Origin: Planctomycetota bacterium
GTDB lineage: Bacteria; Planctomycetota; PLA2; JAEUHO01
Assembly: GCA_050248855.1 (NCBI GenBank)
Contig: JBFWRP010000010.1
Span: 32,001-96,000 of the forward strand
DNA: 64,000 nucleotides
Direction of reading: 5' to 3'
Below the pieces are notes generated by a model. That model was not told where the DNA came from and did not search any database. It saw only the letters and a list, made by a program, of their open reading frames with translations. Shown here piece after piece: positions 24,755 to 34,297 of this stretch; the stretch's first letter is position 1; every line of letters begins with the position of its first letter. The position numbers and the translations under genes were made by a program.

Positions 24755-26665
24755 CTACTCCGCGCGTGCGCGAAGGGCAGCCGCCCGGTCGCTTTCGCCG
24801 ATCAGGTCCAGGACCGTGGCCAGCTTGCGCCACACCTCGGGGTCGGGCGCGCGCTCGCCGTCGGCCTCCATGTCGCGGCGCACGGCTTCCATCGCTTCCA
24901 CCCACGGCTCGAGCAGGTCGTCGCCGGGCCGTTCGGGGTCGAGGCCGGCGAGGGTGAGCGAACGGGCACGCGCGGCCGCGTAGACCCGCTCGGGCGTGCC
25001 CTCGGGAGGTGGCTGCAACGCCCGGAGGGCCAGCAACAGGATGTCCCGACGGGCGGGCCAACCCGCGGACGCCACCGCCTCGTCGATGTCCTGTGCCTCG
25101 GGGTGCGCCAAGCGCAGGCGGAGCTCCAGCGCGGAGCGGGCCAGGTCCAGATCGCCAAGCGACGTGGCCACCTCCAGCTGGCGGGCCAGGGCGTAGACGC
25201 GCAGGGCACGATCCTCCTCCGTCAGGTGACCTGCGCGGCGGGCGAAGGCGTCAAGCGCCTCTTGGTAGCCGATCGCCTGCACCTGGCGCAGGCGTCGCGC
25301 GTCCAGCCCCACGCGTGCGGAGGCCGAGGCGTCCGCGGCCATCGCGCCCACGAGGTCGGCGACCTCGACGCGCAGTGCGCCGTCCAGGGGTCGCCCCTCG
25401 ATGGCTTGACCGGCCGCGCGCCAAGCGTCGACCGGCTGGTTCGCGGCGGCCAAGGCCCGGAAGCGACGTAGCGCCGTGTCGACGTCCTCGGGACGCTCGG
25501 CGAGCGCGCGCCCCTCGAGCGTGACGTCGTCGCCCCACGCGCCGTGACGCAGGGCGGTCAGCAGCACGAGCGCGGCCAGCACCACGCTCGCTCCCGCGAG
25601 CGTCGCGCGCGCGCCGCGCGAGCCTCGCTCGAACCCCCAAGCGAGGACGGCGCCGAGAAGGAGGACGAGGGCCGGCGCCAGCACGACCGTCCGGGCCTCG
25701 AACAACAGGGGCTCGGCCACCACGAACCCGGGCACCAACACGACCCACCCGAGGAGCAGGCCCAAGACGGCGCGACGTGCGCGCTCCGCGAGCAGCCCGG
25801 GCAGGGCCCCGAGCAGCGCCCCGGTCAGGAGCACGCCTGCGCCGGCGACGACCCTCGGCAGCGGGGCCTCGAAGGGAAGCGGGAACGCGGTGCCGTAGGG
25901 CAGCCCGTGAGGGAGCAGCCACCACCCGGCGGCCGTCGGCAGCAAGCCCGCCGTGGTCGTCAGGGCCTCACCCGCGGGCCGCAGGGCCGGGATGGTCTGG
26001 ACGCCGGGCAGTGCGATGCGCACGACGACCCATCCGAACAGGCAGGCCAGCCAGCCCAGCGCGACCGGCCGGGAGCGCGTCGGGTGAAGCCACCAGCCGA
26101 GCCAGGGCACGACCAGGGCCACGGGCTCGAGAAGCAGCACGACGGCGTACGCCACGATGGCTGCCGCCTGCGCCAGGGCCGTGGGTCGCGAGGCCAAGCG
26201 TGCCGCAAGCACACCCGCCACCGTGGCGGCGAGCACGGCCTGGGCGGGGGCGTACGCCACCATCTCCACCGTCGCCGGGTGGCACGCGAACAGCGCCGTG
26301 GCCGTTGCTGCGACGCCGGGCGCCAAGCCGGCGTCCACGCCAAGTCGGACGAGCAGCACGGCCAGCGCGAGGAAGAGCAGCAGGCTCGTCGCGTGGAAGC
26401 CCGCGGCCCCCTCGGGGCCGAACAGGCCAACCTGCGCGGCGTGGAGGAGAGAGGCCGCGGGGCGCCACGTGCCCTCGCCCACCGGAGGACCGGTCAGCCA
26501 CGTGGCCCGCCCCGCCAGATCCTCGCCCAGCAGCGGACCCGTGAGGCCGGCCCGTGCCCCCAGGGCGACGCGGGCATCACCCGCCTGCGCACCCATCACG
26601 ACGCGGCCGTGGCAGAGGACGACAGCGACGAGCAGCAACAGCAGCGGTGCGCCGACTCGCCTCAT
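24755..26665 (-). CDS. TMTC-like polytopic membrane glycosyltransferase with TPR-like tail
   Basis: WRPAASL, FHATSLLL, LFACHPATVEMV, many TM helices, RHGAWGDD then a helical C-terminus. Confidence 0.65.
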   Translation of the reverse strand: MRRVGAPLLLLLVAVVLCHGRVVMGAQAGDARVALGARAGLTGPLLGEDLAGRATWLTGPPVGEGTWRPAASLLHAAQVGLFGPEGAAGFHATSLLLFLALAVLLVRLGVDAGLAPGVAATATALFACHPATVEMVAYAPAQAVLAATVAGVLAARLASRPTALAQAAAIVAYAVVLLLEPVALVVPWLGWWLHPTRSRPVALGWLACLFGWVVVRIALPGVQTIPALRPAGEALTTTAGLLPTAAGWWLLPHGLPYGTAFPLPFEAPLPRVVAGAGVLLTGALLGALPGLLAERARRAVLGLLLGWVVLVPGFVVAEPLLFEARTVVLAPALVLLLGAVLAWGFERGSRGARATLAGASVVLAALVLLTALRHGAWGDDVTLEGRALAERPEDVDTALRRFRALAAANQPVDAWRAAGQAIEGRPLDGALRVEVADLVGAMAADASASARVGLDARRLRQVQAIGYQEALDAFARRAGHLTEEDRALRVYALARQLEVATSLGDLDLARSALELRLRLAHPEAQDIDEAVASAGWPARRDILLLALRALQPPPEGTPERVYAAARARSLTLAGLDPERPGDDLLEPWVEAMEAVRRDMEADGERAPDPEVWRKLATVLDLIGESDRAAALRARAE

Positions 26666-26756
26666 GCGCCCGTGGGAGCTCCCGTACGAAACGACGCGCC
26701 GGAGAGAAGCTCCCCGGCGCGTCGCAGGTCATCCGATCCGACGTGGCTGCGTCCGA

Positions 26757-29700
26757 TCAGCTCTTCTCGAACTGGATCTCGAGGTCGAACACCTGCGGCA
26801 GCGGGTTGGCCGAGCCGCCGTGCCCCACGTACGTCGCGCTGACGAAGAAGCGGAACCGCCAGCGGAAGTAGCGCTTGAAGTTGATCGACGTGATGTTGGC
26901 GGCCGAGACCCACTGCGTCAGACCGTCGGCCGTGGTCGGGGTCGCGCCCGCTGGAACCGGCGAGAGATCGTCGGCGCCTTGGAACTCGAGCACGCCGTCG
27001 AAGTCCGCTCCGGCGCCCTGCACCAACCCCAGACCCGAGAGGGCTGCGAAGTTGGAGTTGAACGTCGGGAACTGCTGACCCAGCGGGCCGGCGCCATCCG
27101 GGTCGGGAGCGAACTCTGCCGTCGGCGTGAACAGGTCGACCCACTCGCTCTGTCCCACCGAGGCCAGGTCGACCGTCGGGTTGTACTGCGTCGAGGCGCC
27201 CGCCGACGTGAATGCCGCCGGCGACGAGCTTCCGGTCACGGAAGGCAGCGCCTGACCCGCGAAGCTGATGATCGCCACACGGCCGTTGCCGCCGGCACCG
27301 GCCACGCGCGTCAGCGACGCCGACGTGCCGCCCACGCCACCCTGGGCGCTGAGCGTGCCGGCCATGGAAACCGTCTGGCCGATCAGCAAGATGCCGCCGC
27401 CGCTGCCGCCGCCGCCGGGACCACCGTCGCCGCCAGGCACGACCGCGTTCTGGATGCCGACCACGGTGTCGTCGCTCGTGCCGGGGTTGCCGTCGTCGCC
27501 ATCCCCGAAGATCAGCTGCGCCTCGGAGAAGGTGCTGCCGCCGTCACCACCGTCGGCCTCGATGACGCCCGACGCCGTGACGCTCAGGGCGCCGGCTGCC
27601 AGCACGCAGATGCCGCCGCCACCGCCACCGCCACCAGCACCGCCGTCGTCCTCGTTGGCCGGCGCGCCGCCGTTGCCCGCCTCGTTGGTGCCCGTGTCGT
27701 CATCGCTCGAGCCACCGCCCCCGCCAGCGCCGCCGACGATGTTGGAGAACGGGCTGTACGCACGGTCGGGCTGGAACAGGCTGAGCAGGCGATCGAACGT
27801 CGCCGTGCCGGCAACCGTGCCGCCGTTGGGGTTGTTCCCGATGCCGGCGTCCTGGCCGCTCGAGAGCGTGCCGTTGCCGCCCGCCGTCCCGAAGCCGCCG
27901 CCGCCGCCACCACCGCTGCCCGCGGCCGTGCCGCCCGCATCGGTGAAGCCCGCGGCGCCCTTGCCCGTGGGCGACTCGCCGGCCGTGGCCAGCTCGCTCA
28001 GCCAGCTGCCGAACAGGTTGGCGCCGGGCGCGCCATTGCTGCCCGCCGCGGCACCGAGGATCGGGTTGGCGCCGAAGCCGCCCTGGCCGCCGCCTGCGCC
28101 GCCCACGCCGCCAGGCCCGCCCGGGGGCCGGCTCGCCGCGTTGGCGTAGGGCGCGGTCCCGTCCGTGTTGAACCCGGGGTCGCCGTTGGCGCCGTTCGAA
28201 CGGATCGAACCCTCGATCGTGGCCGTACCGCGGACCAGGATCACGAGGGGCTTGCTGCCGGTGGCCTCGATCGTGTCCCCGGCGTTGAGCGTGAACGACT
28301 CGTACTCGAAGATGCCGTCACCGTTCGCCGAGCCGCTCGTGGTGTTGAAGCTGAAGACGGTCCCGTTGCCGGGCGAGCTGAACGTGCCGTCCGCACCGCT
28401 GCCCGTGTAGGGGCGCCACACCGCGCGCAACAGGCCGGCGCCGCCGCCTGCCTGGGCGTCGGGGTTGACCTGCAGGCTCGGAAGGCCCAGGAACCGGAAG
28501 CCTTGGCCGCTCACGGCGCCCTCGTTCCAGTTGGCGGTGGTGCTCTGCCCGCCCTGCGAGCCGGTCGGGTCCGCGGGGACGTACAGGAGCGTCTTGTTGG
28601 GGGTCGGGTCACCGCCCACCGAGCTGGCCAGAGGCAGCCCGTCCAGCACGCCCGGCGTGCCGAAGTCCGAGAGGCTCTGCGTGAACACGCCGGGCTCCGT
28701 CGCGGCACTCGTGTTGTCGCCATGCTCGGCGGCGTTGCTGTTGAACTGCTCGACGATGGCGAGTGCGGTGTTCGGCACCTGCAGCGTCCGGAAGTAGATG
28801 CGGTAGCCACCGGGGATGCTGGCGTTGAAGGAAGGGAGCGTCTCGTAGACGTTGTAGCCACCGATGGCCGGGTTGGGCCGGTCGGCCGTCTGCAGCGCGT
28901 TGCCCGGCAGGTCCTTGACCTGCGGGATGATGTTGATGACGTAGACGCCCTGCTGGATCGGCGCGGCCGTACCGAGGATGATCTCGGTCGACGTGGCCGT
29001 CTGCACGATGGTGGGCTCGTTGGTCTTGATGCGGTCCGGACCGGTCGGCGTGCCGTCCTTGAGCGCGATGCGCCACAGCTGGACGTTGGCCGGGATTTGC
29101 GTGGCCGGGTTGTAGGCCACGACGGACGGCGGGTCGAGCTGCTCGTTGACCTTCACGCGGATGGCGGGCATGTCGATGAGGCCCGGGTTGACCGCGGAGG
29201 GCGTGCCGATGGCCTGTGCATCATGGCGCGGGAAGGACTCGGGCTCGATCACGCGCGGACGGCCCTCGTTGCGCAGGCAGAGCAACGCGGCGCCAGGGCC
29301 CGAGCCCGTCTGGATGACGCTGGCATCGATCTGGGGCGAGACGTAGAGCGCGTTGGCGATGTTCTGCAGGCACCCCTCGTCATCCGAGCGGCCGCCCTGG
29401 CTGGGGGGCAGCCCGTGGACGACGGCGCGGCGCGGCTCCACGAACGTCGGCGTGCCGAGCGTGCGGAAGAAGTAGCTGTCGGCCTCGACCAGCTGCTTGC
29501 CATCGGGGGTACGGATGGTCGCCGTGGCCGGGAAGACCGGCAGGCTCAGCGTGTAGGTCGTGTTCGGGGTCAGGCCCACGTCCGAGTAGTCGCCGAAGTT
29601 GGGCGTACGCGGGAGGAGCGCCACCAAGTTGTCGTCGACGATGGTGGCCTCGAAGAAGGGACCGGTCGCGCCGATCACGCGGAGCGTGTCCAGCGTGATG

Positions 29701-29900
29701 CTGTCGGGGTCCACGGCCTCGCTGAAGGTCAGGATGAGGGCCTGGTTGAGCGGGATGCCGCTGATGTCGGGCAGGTTGAAGCTGACCAAGACGAACTTGG
29801 GATCCGGCCCACCCGACCTGGCGCCGCACGACGTCATCGAGACGGAGACCGTGGCGGTCAGGGCGAGGGCAAGGATCAGGGACGTACGGACTCGACGCAT
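26757..29900 (-). CDS. Large surface lipoprotein with Ig-like (Big_5-like) domains and a Gly-rich domain
   Basis: Lipobox-like MTSC; LNQALILTFSEAVDPDSI; extended GGxGG tracts; AGGAGA SD. Confidence 0.75.
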   Translation of the reverse strand: MRRVRTSLILALALTATVSVSMTSCGARSGGPDPKFVLVSFNLPDISGIPLNQALILTFSEAVDPDSITLDTLRVIGATGPFFEATIVDDNLVALLPRTPNFGDYSDVGLTPNTTYTLSLPVFPATATIRTPDGKQLVEADSYFFRTLGTPTFVEPRRAVVHGLPPSQGGRSDDEGCLQNIANALYVSPQIDASVIQTGSGPGAALLCLRNEGRPRVIEPESFPRHDAQAIGTPSAVNPGLIDMPAIRVKVNEQLDPPSVVAYNPATQIPANVQLWRIALKDGTPTGPDRIKTNEPTIVQTATSTEIILGTAAPIQQGVYVINIIPQVKDLPGNALQTADRPNPAIGGYNVYETLPSFNASIPGGYRIYFRTLQVPNTALAIVEQFNSNAAEHGDNTSAATEPGVFTQSLSDFGTPGVLDGLPLASSVGGDPTPNKTLLYVPADPTGSQGGQSTTANWNEGAVSGQGFRFLGLPSLQVNPDAQAGGGAGLLRAVWRPYTGSGADGTFSSPGNGTVFSFNTTSGSANGDGIFEYESFTLNAGDTIEATGSKPLVILVRGTATIEGSIRSNGANGDPGFNTDGTAPYANAASRPPGGPGGVGGAGGGQGGFGANPILGAAAGSNGAPGANLFGSWLSELATAGESPTGKGAAGFTDAGGTAAGSGGGGGGGFGTAGGNGTLSSGQDAGIGNNPNGGTVAGTATFDRLLSLFQPDRAYSPFSNIVGGAGGGGGSSDDDTGTNEAGNGGAPANEDDGGAGGGGGGGGICVLAAGALSVTASGVIEADGGDGGSTFSEAQLIFGDGDDGNPGTSDDTVVGIQNAVVPGGDGGPGGGGSGGGILLIGQTVSMAGTLSAQGGVGGTSASLTRVAGAGGNGRVAIISFAGQALPSVTGSSSPAAFTSAGASTQYNPTVDLASVGQSEWVDLFTPTAEFAPDPDGAGPLGQQFPTFNSNFAALSGLGLVQGAGADFDGVLEFQGADDLSPVPAGATPTTADGLTQWVSAANITSINFKRYFRWRFRFFVSATYVGHGGSANPLPQVFDLEIQFEKS

Positions 29901-30162
29901 CGGCGGGATCTCCTAGGGCACCAGGCGGTCTGGTGAGGCCAAGCGCTGCGAGCGTCCGGAGTTCGGCTCGCCGTCACCTGGGCCCCGCCTCGTCAACCGA
30001 GGCGAGGACGTGCCGAGGAAGCTGGAGGAAAAGCGGTGGGGTCTCGGGAGTTTGGATGACACGACGCGCGGGGGGACACCCCGCCCTCCCCGCGCGCCGG
30101 GAGAGGGCGGTGTCGGAGCCGGCGCCCCCGCCAAGGCGAGGCGCCGACCCCTCGAACAGTCC

Positions 30163-32478
30163 TCAGTTCGAAACCATCGGAATGAGGATGCGGCTCACGC
30201 GGGCGACCTGGCCGCTCAGCAGGTTGCTGAGCAACGTGGCGCGCCAACGGATGAACGGGAACCCGTCGCAGTCGTCGATCTCGCGGGTCCAGGCGGTCGA
30301 CGGGAAGCCCCCGTTGATCGTGCGGCGATCCGGCTCGACGGCCATGGCGCCCTGGAACTCCAGGATGACCTGCGCGCCGCCCGTCTGGAGGGCCGGGTCG
30401 ATCTCGGGGGTCAGGTAGTCCGTGTCGGTGCCGAACGTCTCACCAGCGGCCGACGTCCACACGTGCCCAGGCGGGCCGTAGAACTGCGACTGGGCGACGC
30501 TCTCGACCTTGGACAGGGTGAACAGGGCATCGATGATGATGTGGTCGGGGTTCTTGATGTTCTGGGCCGCGCCACCGCTCAGGTTCTCGGGCGGGTTCGG
30601 CGTGTCTTCTTCGAAGCCGGCCAGCAGGAAGCGGGTCGGGAAGCCGCCGATGAACGAGCCGAGACCCAGGCCGTAGCCCGCGCACGGGTAGAGCTGGGCC
30701 CACCAGGCGCGAACCTGCTGGAAGGTACCGGCGCTCTCCGGAACACTCATGTCGAACAGCAGGACGCTGTCGTTGACGTCGCCCGTACCGGGGTCCCACT
30801 TGAAGAACGTGGTCGGGACCGGCCAGAGCAGATGGCCCGTGTACTGGTACAGCGGGTTGTTGTGCGCCGTCGTGCAGGGGTTGAAAGCGCTGGTCGCGGT
30901 GGTGCCTGCGTTGTTGGTGGTCGGGTAGTTGCCCACGTTGGCCTTCTGGGCCACGGAGAACGAACCGCGGTACACCTCGGTCGGCGAGCCGGAGTAGTTG
31001 CCGTTGAACGACGTGGCCAAGTTCATGGAGTCGTTCTTCTGGTAACCGAAGCGCAGGATCACGCCGTTGTAGGTGCTCGAGAAGGTAGCGTTGTTGTCCG
31101 GGCCGATGCCCATGCGGGTGATGCTGCCCTTCGGGCCCATTTCCTGGTCCGAGTAGGTCTGCATCACGCGGCGGCCGAGGCTGGTCGCGGGGTTCGGCGC
31201 GGGCGTGTAGTTGTTGCGGTCCTGACCGACGAGCGGGGCGTCGAGCGTGATGTACATGCCGCGACCGCCCGTGACGGCCTGGGCCGCGCCCGCCTGCATG
31301 CCGGCGTGCGGACCCGCGACGCTGCCCGAGTACCCGTCGCCGGAGTAGTCGCTGCCGGCGTCGTAGTCCGTGCCCGTGATGACGACGTCGCGGCTGGTGA
31401 CGGGCTGGCCCTTGAGCCACCCTTCCTCGTCGCTCCCCCAGTCGGCGTCCGACGCGCCCGAGTCACGCTCGTCTGCGACGTCGAAGTCCTCGCGGATCAC
31501 CTTGCCGGTGGCGATGCCCTCCCCGTCGCACGTGAAGGGACCCCAGCTCTGCGGGTTGACCAGCTGGTTGCCGGACAGGTCCTTGAGGACCTGGTAGACG
31601 GCCACCGTGAAGATCAGCTTGGCGTTGCCGAAGGAGAACGTGGGACGGAAGAAGAACGTCGTGGCCGACGCATCATGGCTGAACGTGCCGGGGACCGGGG
31701 CGTCCGCAACGCCATTCGCGCCGTTGATCGGAGCGCTCGTGTAGCGGATGTCGACGCCCGTCGACGGGTCGGGACCCGCGAACGGCGCCTGCGTGAAGCT
31801 GGCGGGGTCCATGACCTCGTTGAAGACGATGGCCAAGAGGCCGTTGCCCGGGATGTTGCGGGTGATCGGATCCGGGTCCGGGACGAAGTAGACGCCCTCC
31901 ACCTCGGGCGGCTGCAGCTCGCGCAGGAAGCCGGCGGACGTGGTCCAGTTCGTGAAGAACGAGCGACGGTTGGGGTCGAGGTCGAGGTTCTTGACCACGC
32001 CCGGCTGCTCGTCGATCGACGGGATGTCCAAGCTGTACTGCGACAGCGGGTCCAGCCCGAACGGACGCGGCGTGCCATCGACTTCGAGCGTCGGGTCGTA
32101 GATGACCTCGTTGCCCGTGACGCGGAAGGAGCCGCCGGGGATCGACTGGAAGGAGCCGCCGGTCCGGACCTGGATGGTCTGGAACGAGATGCTCGAGCCC
32201 AGCACGGGGCCGTTGAAGATGCAACGGAACTGCGCGTTGCGCGGCACGCTCACGCTGCCCGTGGGCGCCGCGGGCTGTAGCGCACGGTCCACGATCTGGA
32301 ACTCGACGAGCTGCATCGCGGAGAGGCTGCTCGAGCTGCCGCCGCCGCACGAGGCGGCGAACGCACCGACGAGCAGGGCGACCGCGATCGTCGCACCGCG
32401 CAGGGGCAGCACCCGCGGCGACTGTGCGCGGGAGGAACGCTTCGGATTCCGGTTCATCGGAGACTCCTTGGAGGTCAT
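30163..32478 (-). CDS. Surface lipoprotein with Ig-like (Big_5-like) domains
   Basis: Lipobox FAASC followed by GGGSSS; IVFNEVMDPASF, LKDLSGNQL; start may be the second Met (MNRNP). Confidence 0.75.
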   Translation of the reverse strand: MTSKESPMNRNPKRSSRAQSPRVLPLRGATIAVALLVGAFAASCGGGSSSSLSAMQLVEFQIVDRALQPAAPTGSVSVPRNAQFRCIFNGPVLGSSISFQTIQVRTGGSFQSIPGGSFRVTGNEVIYDPTLEVDGTPRPFGLDPLSQYSLDIPSIDEQPGVVKNLDLDPNRRSFFTNWTTSAGFLRELQPPEVEGVYFVPDPDPITRNIPGNGLLAIVFNEVMDPASFTQAPFAGPDPSTGVDIRYTSAPINGANGVADAPVPGTFSHDASATTFFFRPTFSFGNAKLIFTVAVYQVLKDLSGNQLVNPQSWGPFTCDGEGIATGKVIREDFDVADERDSGASDADWGSDEEGWLKGQPVTSRDVVITGTDYDAGSDYSGDGYSGSVAGPHAGMQAGAAQAVTGGRGMYITLDAPLVGQDRNNYTPAPNPATSLGRRVMQTYSDQEMGPKGSITRMGIGPDNNATFSSTYNGVILRFGYQKNDSMNLATSFNGNYSGSPTEVYRGSFSVAQKANVGNYPTTNNAGTTATSAFNPCTTAHNNPLYQYTGHLLWPVPTTFFKWDPGTGDVNDSVLLFDMSVPESAGTFQQVRAWWAQLYPCAGYGLGLGSFIGGFPTRFLLAGFEEDTPNPPENLSGGAAQNIKNPDHIIIDALFTLSKVESVAQSQFYGPPGHVWTSAAGETFGTDTDYLTPEIDPALQTGGAQVILEFQGAMAVEPDRRTINGGFPSTAWTREIDDCDGFPFIRWRATLLSNLLSGQVARVSRILIPMVSN

Positions 32479-32570
32479 GTCGCCGCGTGGCCGGGTGCGG
32501 AGACATGCCGAACGGACAAGGCAGGCGGGGAAGTCCGAGCCCTGGCTTCACGGGAACGCGGCGCCCCGTG

Positions 32571-32615
32571 GCGAACGCGGGTTACGCGAACGCGGGTGAC
32601 GCGAACGTGGCTGAC
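32571..32615. repeat. 3 x 15-bp imperfect tandem repeat upstream of the lipoprotein genes
   Basis: GCGAACGCGGGTTAC / GCGAACGCGGGTGAC / GCGAACGTGGCTGAC. Confidence 0.85.
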
Positions 32616-32834
32616 TCGAGCCGTCCCTTCCGCCGAAGGCGGACGGCCCGGACGTAGCGCGGTCAGGTGCCTCGACACCGGACACCGCGCTCACGGCCCA
32701 ACCGTCTGCCCCCGGTTTCCCGGCCTCTCGACCGGTCCCGCCCGGGGGTCACTCTACGGACGCGGCCATTCCCGGTAAAGGGATTTGGCGCCGCCGACGA
32801 GCGAGCCTGGGCAGGAGGGGACGAGGGGGCGGGC

Positions 32835-32849
32835 GCAAACTCCATTCCA
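32835..32849 (-). promoter_or_regulatory. Putative sigma54 (-24/-12) promoter for the lipoprotein operon
   Basis: Minus strand TGGAATGGAGTTTGC (GG-N10-GC with TTGC); two more GG-N10-GC sites at 32853-32867 and 32864-32878. Confidence 0.55.
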
Positions 32850-32935
32850 CTGGCCCGACGCGTGCCAATCGCCTGCCAGGCCCTGTCCATGGGGATGTCA
32901 GGCCCTTGATGGCCCATGGCTCGGGGCCTTCGCCC

Positions 32936-34297
32936 TCACGTTCCGCACCGACGCGTGCGGATCCGCTCGCCGGCCCGCGGGCGCAGGACATGCGTGCGGG
33001 GCCCATCGAACAGGGCGACGGGCCAGCCCGAGAGCGCGGTGCCCGTGAAGGGCGTGTTGCGGCTCCTGGAGCGGAAGGCGTCGGGCGCCACCGCATCCCG
33101 CCCGACAAGGTCGACGAGGACGAAGCGCGCACCCCGGCCGGGAGCAACGAGACGTGGCCCCTCCCGCCGCGCGATGGCCGCGGGGCCTGCCGTGAGCGCC
33201 TCGACGAGACGTCCCAGCGTGACGCGCCCGGTCTGGACGAGGCGCGTGTAGAGCACGGCGAACGCGGTCTCCAGCCCCACGATCCCGAAGGGGGCGGCCA
33301 GCCAGCCGCGGGCCTTGGCTTCCCTCGTGTGGGGCGCGTGGTCGGTCGCGATGGCTCCGAGCGTGCCGTCCACGAGCCCATCGACGAGCGCGTCCACGTC
33401 CGAGGGGTCACGCAGCGGGGGCTTCATCTTGAAGTCCGTCCCCCCCACCACGGCGTCCTCGACGGTCAGCACGAGGTGGTGCGGCGTGACCTCGGCGGTG
33501 ATCGGCGCGCCACGCTCGCGGGCGCGGCGCACGAGGTCCAGCGCGCCGCGCGTGGACAGATGGCAGACGTGGAAGGCGGCGCCCGCCTCGGCCGCCAGAT
33601 GCAGGTCGCGCTCGACCGCGACGATCTCGCTGGACGCGGGGATCCCCGGCAAGCCATGGGCCTCGCTGCACGAGCACGCATGCACCACGCCCGGCCCGGT
33701 GACCGCGAAGTCCTCGCAGTGCTGCCACAACGGGACGCCCTCGCGCGCCGACCAGCGGAAGGCCTCGCGCGCCAAGCGTTCGTCGGCCAGCCACGCGCCG
33801 TCGTCGCTGAAGGCGCCGACGCCCGCGGCGGCCATCGCTTCCAGGTCCACCAGCTCCCGGCCTCGCAGGCCGCGGCTGAGCGCCGAGATCGGGACGACCT
33901 CGACGGGCAAAGCGTCGTCCGCGCTGCGGGCCGTCTGCAGCGCGAGCTCCGGCGTGTCGCACGTGGGCTGCGTGTTGGCCATGGCGTAGACGACGCCGTA
34001 GCCGCCGGCCAGCGCGGCCGCACGACCGCTGTCGATCGTCTCGGCCGCCTCGCCGCCCGGTTCGCGGAAGTGCACGTGGAGGTCGATGAACGGCGGGGCG
34101 ACGAGCAGGTCGCGTCCGTCGATCTCCACGATCTCGTCGCCGGGCGCCGGCTGGACAGGCGGCGCCTGCGCGCCCACGGCCACGACCTCGTCGCCGCGCA
34201 CCCAGAGATCGCCCGCGACGGGCGCGTCGCCGCCACGAGCCACGATGGCGGCGGCGCCTCGCACGTGGACCCAGCGCACGGGCCCGTGCACCGTCAC
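32936..34297 (-). CDS. pyrC: Dihydroorotase
   Basis: PFIDLHVHFREPG, MANTQP, FSDDG, AEVTPHHL, KMKPPLR, IATDHAPH. Confidence 0.95.
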   Translation of the reverse strand: MTVHGPVRWVHVRGAAAIVARGGDAPVAGDLWVRGDEVVAVGAQAPPVQPAPGDEIVEIDGRDLLVAPPFIDLHVHFREPGGEAAETIDSGRAAALAGGYGVVYAMANTQPTCDTPELALQTARSADDALPVEVVPISALSRGLRGRELVDLEAMAAAGVGAFSDDGAWLADERLAREAFRWSAREGVPLWQHCEDFAVTGPGVVHACSCSEAHGLPGIPASSEIVAVERDLHLAAEAGAAFHVCHLSTRGALDLVRRARERGAPITAEVTPHHLVLTVEDAVVGGTDFKMKPPLRDPSDVDALVDGLVDGTLGAIATDHAPHTREAKARGWLAAPFGIVGLETAFAVLYTRLVQTGRVTLGRLVEALTAGPAAIARREGPRLVAPGRGARFVLVDLVGRDAVAPDAFRSRSRNTPFTGTALSGWPVALFDGPRTHVLRPRAGERIRTRRCGT

